DNA from: Vulcanimicrobiota bacterium
GTDB taxonomy: Bacteria > Vulcanimicrobiota > Vulcanimicrobiia > Vulcanimicrobiales > Vulcanimicrobiaceae
DNA length: 64,000 nucleotides
NCBI GenBank assembly: GCA_963777315.1
Contig: CAVZQC010000002.1
Span: 448,001-512,000, forward strand
Reading direction: 5' to 3'
Part shown: piece after piece, positions 58,121 to 64,000 of the stretch
Layout: each line of letters begins with the position of its first letter
How positions within the stretch are numbered: the first letter of the stretch is position 1
The notes under the pieces: model-generated
What the model was told of the DNA's origin: nothing
Databases searched by the model: none
The model's input: only the letters and a program-made list of their open reading frames with translations
Position numbers and translations under genes: made by a program

Positions 58121-59505
58121 GACCCCGGAATCTTCACCAAGCTGTAGCCCGAAACCCGGCCGAACACGATCCCCACCACGTACACCGGACGGCTGCGCAT
58201 CCACCCGGGTACTCGCGGCGCGTCGTCCGCTAGCCACGACGATTCGACGATGCGGTCGCCGAGGCGGTGCTGCACGTACGCTGCATACGCGAGCGGCGTG
58301 GCGTAGAGCCACGGCGATATGAGGATCGCATTGCGCGGCGTGTTCTTGACGACCGTGTCGATTACCGCCTGCGCGCCGGTGGAGTGGGGCTGCTGGAACG
58401 TTTGGCGGTTCGCTACGAGCAGCCAGGCCGCCAAAGCAATGGCGAGGGCAACGCAGACCGTTCGAAAGGAAGAAAAAGTTCGAGCAATCGCGTCGATGCC
58501 GTAGCCGAAAAATACCGCGGCTATCGCAAAGCCGATCAGGTAGTAGCGTCTGGAATCGGCTTCAATGGTGTACGCCAGCGCAAATGCCGTCGGCGCCGCG
58601 AACGCCGCGAACAACGCCAGTGCAAGCCCGCGATTGCGCCGCGCTAACGCGCATAATCCCACGACCGCAATAGCAACGCCGAGCGGAGTGCATTCGTCGA
58701 TCAGTGCGGCGGCGTACGTCCCGGCACGGGTTGCATACGTGCGCGGTGAGATCATTGCCGCCAGCGTACCGCCGGCGGAAAACTCCGTCCCGCTGACTTC
58801 TTTGAGGAAACCGCTCAAGGATGCGGGGTGGTCGTTGTCCCAGAAAGAGCGCCCCGGCGGTATTCCGAGCGAGCGGGTGGGATCCAAGCGCGCAGCGGTC
58901 ACTGCCGCGCTGCGTGCCGGCAAATACGCGTACCAGCACAGTCCGAACAGCAGTGCGCCGATCGCGAATGCCAATGTGCGCCGTCTAACCGAGCGAAAGC
59001 GCGCCGCCGACAGTACGGCCAGCGCGGGCAAGAGCAGAGCGTCGATGGGATGCGTCGCGATGCCGAGTCCCCAGGCGAGCGCCGCCGCAACGAGCATTGC
59101 GGGATCGCCGCGCCGATGCCAGCGAACCGCGGCGTACACGGTAGCTACGGCAAAAAACGTCGCGAGCGCATGCACCTCGGCACGCGTTCCGCGCGTCCAG
59201 GCGACGTCGCCGAAGGCAAAGAGCCACGCACTTGCAGCGGAGATCCACGGCTGCACCTCGAGTTCCATCAAGATGCGGCACACCAGCCACGCCGCTGCAC
59301 TCATTGCAAGGGCGCTAAAGAGCGCGATTCGCCAAGCCGGCGTACCGACGGCAAACGCGTGCGCGAAAACGCCCGCCAGAATCGTGAACGCCGGAAAACC
59401 CGTAGCGTGCATGATGCCGAAGATCCACGGAACCACTTGCGCTTCGCCCGTGTCCCAGTAGCCTATCGAACCGTTCAGGGAAGCCGCGTAAATGCCCATC
59501 GGCAC
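58072..59505 (-). CDS. DUF2723-like membrane protein (putative glycosyltransferase)
   Basis: WDTGEAQ, GIMHATGFP, AEVHAL, Y.YLP.R; many TM segments. Confidence 0.75.
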   Translation of the reverse strand: MPMGIYAASLNGSIGYWDTGEAQVVPWIFGIMHATGFPAFTILAGVFAHAFAVGTPAWRIALFSALAMSAAAWLVCRILMELEVQPWISAASAWLFAFGDVAWTRGTRAEVHALATFFAVATVYAAVRWHRRGDPAMLVAAALAWGLGIATHPIDALLLPALAVLSAARFRSVRRRTLAFAIGALLFGLCWYAYLPARSAAVTAARLDPTRSLGIPPGRSFWDNDHPASLSGFLKEVSGTEFSAGGTLAAMISPRTYATRAGTYAAALIDECTPLGVAIAVVGLCALARRNRGLALALFAAFAAPTAFALAYTIEADSRRYYLIGFAIAAVFFGYGIDAIARTFSSFRTVCVALAIALAAWLLVANRQTFQQPHSTGAQAVIDTVVKNTPRNAILISPWLYATPLAYAAYVQHRLGDRIVESSWLADDAPRVPGWMRSRPVYVVGIVFGRVSGYSLVKIPGSPDLYRIVRSRRSPHS

Positions 59506-59552
59506 CAGCCATCCCAGCCATGCCGATGCACGCCGCTGCCGGCGCCCGCCGG

Positions 59553-60245
59553 CTAAAAGCTCGGCAGTACCGGCGTGGGCAGCGGCTTCGCAGTCTGGAA
59601 CGTCGATTTGGGAAGACTCGCCGGAAACTGATAGCCGCTAAAGGAGATGCGTTCGCGAGCCGGCTTGCCCCGAATGCTCGCTTCGACGCTGGCCGATACG
59701 GGGACCCAGTATTTCCCGGCATTGGCGAATTCGATCGATCCCGATCCCTTCATAGCCGCGTTCGTCGAGTGAAAGCGGATCGCCGAAGGCAGAAACGTAC
59801 GTCCGTCGAGCGTTATGCCGTCGACGATAAAGCCCGTCGGAGCTCCCAGCGGCACCGCATGATACGTGTATTGCACGGTGTCTCCCAAGCGCGCGAAACG
59901 CTGGAACAAAAACGCATACTGCGTCACGCGCGGCGCGAGGTTGTCCAGCGTGTACCGATTGCGGTATCGCGCGATGCGGATATTCTTTTGCCGGACCCCG
60001 TCGACCATGATCGTTTCGTCGCGAACCAGGTCGCCGCTGCGGTAAATCCTATGCGACTGCTCGATGGCGCGCGGCCCGGACTGCGAAACCGTGTAGGAAA
60101 ACACCAGCACTTTGGGCCCTTCCTCACGCAGTAAGCGCGCAGCGTAGCGGTCCAGCACGAGCTGCGAATCGAGTTGCCGCGCAGCGCCATCGGGCGGCCC
60201 CACGCGCAAAGCGACGAGCAGCGCGAGTGGAGCGATGACACACAT
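59553..60245 (-). CDS. hypothetical protein, probably secreted
   Basis: Hydrophobic N-terminus; coupled to the alaS stop; beta-rich body. Confidence 0.65.
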   Translation of the reverse strand: MCVIAPLALLVALRVGPPDGAARQLDSQLVLDRYAARLLREEGPKVLVFSYTVSQSGPRAIEQSHRIYRSGDLVRDETIMVDGVRQKNIRIARYRNRYTLDNLAPRVTQYAFLFQRFARLGDTVQYTYHAVPLGAPTGFIVDGITLDGRTFLPSAIRFHSTNAAMKGSGSIEFANAGKYWVPVSASVEASIRGKPARERISFSGYQFPASLPKSTFQTAKPLPTPVLPSF

Positions 60246-62851
60246 CACGGGCGCAGGACCGCCTCACGGATGGCCTGCATCGCTTCGTGCGCGCCGCCGG
60301 GTTTTTTACCGCCGCCCTGCGCTTGCGTGGGCTGCCCCCCGCCGCGTCCATCCACCAGCGCCGCGGCGAGCTTGATCAAATTGCCGGCGTGCACGCCCGC
60401 CTTTACCATGTCGTCGCTGGCGCTTACCAGCAAACTCACCGTGCCGTCGTCGATGCCCGCCAGGGCGATGACCCCGCTGGGCAATCGCTGCCGAATTGCG
60501 CTGCCCAAATGCCGCAACGCGTCGGCGTTGGTTTGCGCAACGACGGCGCCGACGAACGTCCTTTCACCGGACCGCTGCGCGGACTCCACGTAAGTCTGCG
60601 CGTCCGCAGCCGCAAGCTTGGCCTTGAGGTCGCCCACCGCATTTTGCAGATCCTTGACGTCGCGCTGCAGTTTGTCGATGCGTTCGCCCAGTTCGTCCGG
60701 CGTGGTCGCAAGGGCCGCTGCGAGGCCGGCCACGAGCTCTTGTTGATGCGACAGAAATTCTTCGGCGGCTTGCGAGACGCACGACTCGATGCGGCGAATG
60801 CCGGATCCGATCGAAAACTCGCTCAAGATGACGAACATGCCCAGTTCGCCCGTGGAGTGCGCGTGCGTGCCGCCGCAAAACTCTACCGAAGGGCCCGCCT
60901 TGACCACTCGAACGCGATCGCCGTATTTTTCACCGAACATCATGACCGCACCGGCGGCCTTGGCTTCTTCGAGCGGCAGTACTCGAGTCTCGAGCGGCAC
61001 GTCTTCGCGAATCATCTCGTTCACGCGATGGGCAACGTCGCGCTTTTGCTGGGCGGTGAGCGCGCCGCCGGGGGAGCGAAAATCGAAGCGCATGCGATCG
61101 ATGCCGACCCAGGAGCCGGCCTGCTCGACTTGCTCTCCGATTGCGTCCTTGAGCGCACGCTGGAGCAAGTGCGCAGAGGTGTGATGGCGGCGTATCTCTT
61201 GCCGCCATTGCGGATCGACCTGCGCGCGCAGCGCGTCGCCGGTGCGCAAAACGCCCTGCGCGAGCGTTCCGTGATGGGCAATCGCTTCGCCCTGATACTG
61301 CGTGTCCCGCACCTCGAAGCGCGCCCCGTCGCTTGAAAGCGTGCCGCGATCGCCGATTTGGCCGCCCCGTTCGGCGTAGAAGGGCGTGCGGTCCAGCACG
61401 ATCCGTGCCTCCTGCCCTTCGCGGATCTGCTCGACGTGCTCGCCATCGTGCAGAATTGCGAGGATCCGGCATTCGCTCTGCAACCCTTCATAGCCCAAGA
61501 ACGCGGTCTGCATTGCGGGCATGTCGGCCGTCGTCACGACGGCGCGCTTTTCGGCGGCATCGCGGCGGGCGCGATCGCGCTGCTCGCTCATTGCCGCATC
61601 GAAACCCGCATGGTCGACGGCGACGTTTCGCTCCGCTGCAATTTCGCGCGTGAGTTCGAACGGAAACCCATAGGTGTCGTGCAGCACGAATGCGTCTTCG
61701 CCGCGCAGCGTTCCGCCGGAAGCACGCTCGGCGAGCAGATCGTCGAGCATGGCCGTCCCGCGTTCCAACGTACGGTCGAACGCTCGTTCCTCGGTTTGCA
61801 GCGCGTGCCGGATGCGCGAGATGTTGGCGCGCAGTTCGGGATATCCCGGTTCCAGCGAAGCAACGACAGCAGGCACGAGCTGCGTGAGAAAACCGTTGGG
61901 GTATCCCAGCAGGCGTCCGTTGCGAATCGCGCGCCGTATCAGAAAGCGAAGCACGTAACCGCGGTCGGTATTGCCGGGATACACTCCGTCGTTGATCAGA
62001 AACGTCACGCTGCGCGCATGATCGGCTATGATGTTTCTGCGGGCGTTGCGGTCTTCGGGCGAAAGCGAGGTTTGCCCGACCGGCGGCTGAGCCGCGATGA
62101 GATCGACGAACAAATCCGTGTCGTACATCGAAACTTTGCCGTTGACGACGGCGAGGATTCGCTCGAGTCCGGCGCCCGTATCGATCTGTTTGCGCGGCAG
62201 TTCTTCCAGTTTGCCGTCCGAGCCGCGGTTGTACTGCTGAAAAACCACGTTCCAGATCTCGATCCAGCGCGTGCCGGCGTTGGGGCCGCCGTCGTCGGCT
62301 CCAGCGGCATTTTGAGCGCCGGTATCGTAAAAGATCTCGGTGCTGGGACCGCACGGTCCCGTCGGGCCCATCGTCCAAAAGTTGTCTTCGTCAAACCGCG
62401 AGATGCGATCGGCAGTCACGCCGATCTGCCTGCGCCAGATGCTTTCGGCTTCGTCGTCGGAAACGTGAACCGTGACGGCAAGCCGCGAGGCATCCAGCTG
62501 CAGCGTCTGCGTAAGAAATTCCCACGACAAGCCGATCGCTTCGCGTTTATAGTAACCGCCGAAGCTGAAATTGCCCAGCATCTCCAGGAACGTCCCGTGG
62601 CGGCCGGTTCTTCCGACGTTTTCGATGTCGCTCTTCGCGCCGGCCACGCGCAGGCACCGCTGCACCGTCACGACGTTGGGCGCCGGCGGCGGCTCTTCGC
62701 CCAGAAAAGCGGGCACGAACTGTTCCATACCCGCGATGGTGAACAGCGTGGTCGACATCGCGTCCGGAATTAGGCTCGCCGAAGGGACTTGCCGGTGATC
62801 TCGCTCGGTAAAGAACTCGACGAAGGCCGAGCGCAATTCTTGGCTTTTCAT
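60245..62851 (-). CDS. alaS: alanine--tRNA ligase
   Basis: LFTIAGM.QF, QRCLR, EMLGNFSFG.Y.K, GPCGP, IDTG.GLER, HT..HLL, E.CGGTH, GIRRIE, GRGGG. Confidence 0.98.
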   Translation of the reverse strand: MKSQELRSAFVEFFTERDHRQVPSASLIPDAMSTTLFTIAGMEQFVPAFLGEEPPPAPNVVTVQRCLRVAGAKSDIENVGRTGRHGTFLEMLGNFSFGGYYKREAIGLSWEFLTQTLQLDASRLAVTVHVSDDEAESIWRRQIGVTADRISRFDEDNFWTMGPTGPCGPSTEIFYDTGAQNAAGADDGGPNAGTRWIEIWNVVFQQYNRGSDGKLEELPRKQIDTGAGLERILAVVNGKVSMYDTDLFVDLIAAQPPVGQTSLSPEDRNARRNIIADHARSVTFLINDGVYPGNTDRGYVLRFLIRRAIRNGRLLGYPNGFLTQLVPAVVASLEPGYPELRANISRIRHALQTEERAFDRTLERGTAMLDDLLAERASGGTLRGEDAFVLHDTYGFPFELTREIAAERNVAVDHAGFDAAMSEQRDRARRDAAEKRAVVTTADMPAMQTAFLGYEGLQSECRILAILHDGEHVEQIREGQEARIVLDRTPFYAERGGQIGDRGTLSSDGARFEVRDTQYQGEAIAHHGTLAQGVLRTGDALRAQVDPQWRQEIRRHHTSAHLLQRALKDAIGEQVEQAGSWVGIDRMRFDFRSPGGALTAQQKRDVAHRVNEMIREDVPLETRVLPLEEAKAAGAVMMFGEKYGDRVRVVKAGPSVEFCGGTHAHSTGELGMFVILSEFSIGSGIRRIESCVSQAAEEFLSHQQELVAGLAAALATTPDELGERIDKLQRDVKDLQNAVGDLKAKLAAADAQTYVESAQRSGERTFVGAVVAQTNADALRHLGSAIRQRLPSGVIALAGIDDGTVSLLVSASDDMVKAGVHAGNLIKLAAALVDGRGGGQPTQAQGGGKKPGGAHEAMQAIREAVLRP

Positions 62852-62864
62852 TTTTGAAGGCGCT

Positions 62865-63283
62865 TCGGCCCAGCCTGCGCGCCCCCCGCTTCGCGGGGCC
62901 CCCACAATCTCATGGCGCCTGATCGTTATTGCTTGCTCGAGCGCTCCCCGAGGGCGCCGCATCTGTTGCTGCTCGGCCCAGCCTGCGCGCCCCCCGCTTC
63001 GAGGGCCCCCACAATCTCATGGCACCTGATCGTTATTGCTTGCTCGAGCGCTCCCCGAGGGCGCCGCATGAGTTGCTGCTCGGCCCAGCCTGCGCGCCCC
63101 CCGCTTCGCGGGGCCCCCCACAACCTCATGGCGCCTGATCGTTACTGCTTGCTCGAGCGCTCCCCGAGGGCGCCGCATCTGTTGCTGCTCGGCCCAGCCT
63201 GCGCGCCCCCCGCTTCACGGGGCCCCCACAACCTCATGGCGCCTGATCGTTATTGCTTGCTCGAGCGCTCCCCGAGGGCGCCG
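62865..63283. repeat. tandem array of ~3.9 copies of a 107-109-bp GC-rich palindromic unit
   Basis: Units start at 62865, 62973, 63080 and 63189: tcggcccagcctgcgcgccccccgcttcgcggggcccccacaa(t/c)ctcatggcgcctgatcgttattgcttgctcgagcgctccccgagggcgccgcat... Confidence 0.95.
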
Positions 63284-63288
63284 GAACC

Positions 63289-64000
63289 CTATTCCTGCAG
63301 CACGTGCCGCAGTTTTTCCAGGGCCTTCTGCTGCAGGCGCGATACGTGCATCTGCGAGACGTTCAGGCGCTTGGCGATTTCGGTTTGCGACACGCTCTCA
63401 TAAAAGCGCAGGTAGAGAATCACCCGCTCGCGCCCGGTGAGCACCTCGAAGGCGCGTTCCAGGTTGGCTTTGTCTTCCAGCAGGGCGAGGCCGGCGTCGG
63501 TTTTGCCGATGTAGTCCTGCAGCGTCTGCGATTTTTTGTCGCCTTCCCCCGAGAGCTCGGTATCGAGTGAAAGCAGATTGTAGGCTTGTCCCAGCTCCTG
63601 CGCCTCCAGAATGTCCTCTTCTGAGGCGCTCAAATGCTCGGCCAGTTCCGCGACCGTCGGACTGCGGCCCATCTTCACCGACAGTTTCTCGATCGCGCGA
63701 TTGACGGCCAAGTTGAGTTCCTGCAGGCGGCGCGGAACCTTGACGGCCCAGCCCTTGTCGCGAAAGTAGCGTTTTATCTCGCCGACGATAGTCGGGGTTG
63801 CGTACGTGGTGAATTCCACGCCGCGCTCCAGATCGAACCGGTCTATCGCTTTGAGCAGTCCGACGGTCCCGACTTGAATCAAGTCGTCCAGAGCTTCGCC
63901 GCGGTTGGCAAATTTGACCGCGAGATAGCGCACGAGGTTCAAGTGCGCGACGACGAGTTCGCTGCGCAAACGTTCGTAGCCGGCATCGGCGGGGTGCTTT
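63289..64000 (-). CDS. SigB/SigF/SigG-family RNA polymerase sigma factor (5' end outside window)
   Basis: DDLIQVG.VGL.KAIDRFD, F.TYA.PTI.GEIKRYFRD..W...VPRRL, SQTEIA..L.VSQMHVSRL. Confidence 0.95.
   Translation of the reverse strand, partial: KHPADAGYERLRSELVVAHLNLVRYLAVKFANRGEALDDLIQVGTVGLLKAIDRFDLERGVEFTTYATPTIVGEIKRYFRDKGWAVKVPRRLQELNLAVNRAIEKLSVKMGRSPTVAELAEHLSASEEDILEAQELGQAYNLLSLDTELSGEGDKKSQTLQDYIGKTDAGLALLEDKANLERAFEVLTGRERVILYLRFYESVSQTEIAKRLNVSQMHVSRLQQKALEKLRHVLQE

Noticed and set aside
62865..63283. CRISPR array or T-box leader
   Set aside because: Units are whole near-identical repeats with no variable spacers, no cas genes are present, and there is no T-box (GGTGGTACCGCG-like) consensus.
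62912..63403. ORFs translated from the repeat array, including the N-terminal extension of alaS
   Set aside because: Unit lengths of 107-109 break frame, and the conserved AlaRS N-terminus starts at 62851.

Overview
This is a high-GC bacterial chromosomal segment. A tentative lineage guess from gene content alone is Terrabacteria, possibly Ca. Eremiobacterota-like. From left to right it holds: a tandemly duplicated, uncharacterised two-gene module (large DUF11-like repeat protein with a shared helical C-terminal domain, plus a small single-TM HEAT-like partner); a PEP-mutase-family gene; an AT-rich ~2 kb islet of hypotheticals; a minus-strand housekeeping run (rpmA-obgE-nadD-DUF3465-maf-mreC-mreD-mrdA); fabF-rnc-smc-purH-VOC; and a small ORF, missing from the ORF track, followed by hairpins with C-rich loops. 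Next come a signalling cluster (two STAS proteins, a PstS-like protein, a CPA1 antiporter, a two-component system) and a nearly complete purine-catabolism cluster (deaminase, XDH subunits, xdhC, mocA-like, puuE, allantoate amidohydrolase, a stand-alone GGCT/allophanate-hydrolase-C-like gene, uraH, puuD, uraD). The right third has accessory genes, a vapBC pair and a group II intron maturase remnant next to tRNA-Leu(CAG); then htrA-like and MFS genes; an NHEJ operon (split ligD plus ku); small stress-type membrane proteins; a DUF255 protein; two GT-C-like membrane proteins; alaS; a ~4 x 108-bp structured repeat array filling the sigma-alaS intergenic region; and a SigB/F/G-family sigma factor cut by the window end. 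Six genes carry single-base frameshifts that look like sequencing or assembly indels. All family calls come from motif recognition by eye, not from database searches.
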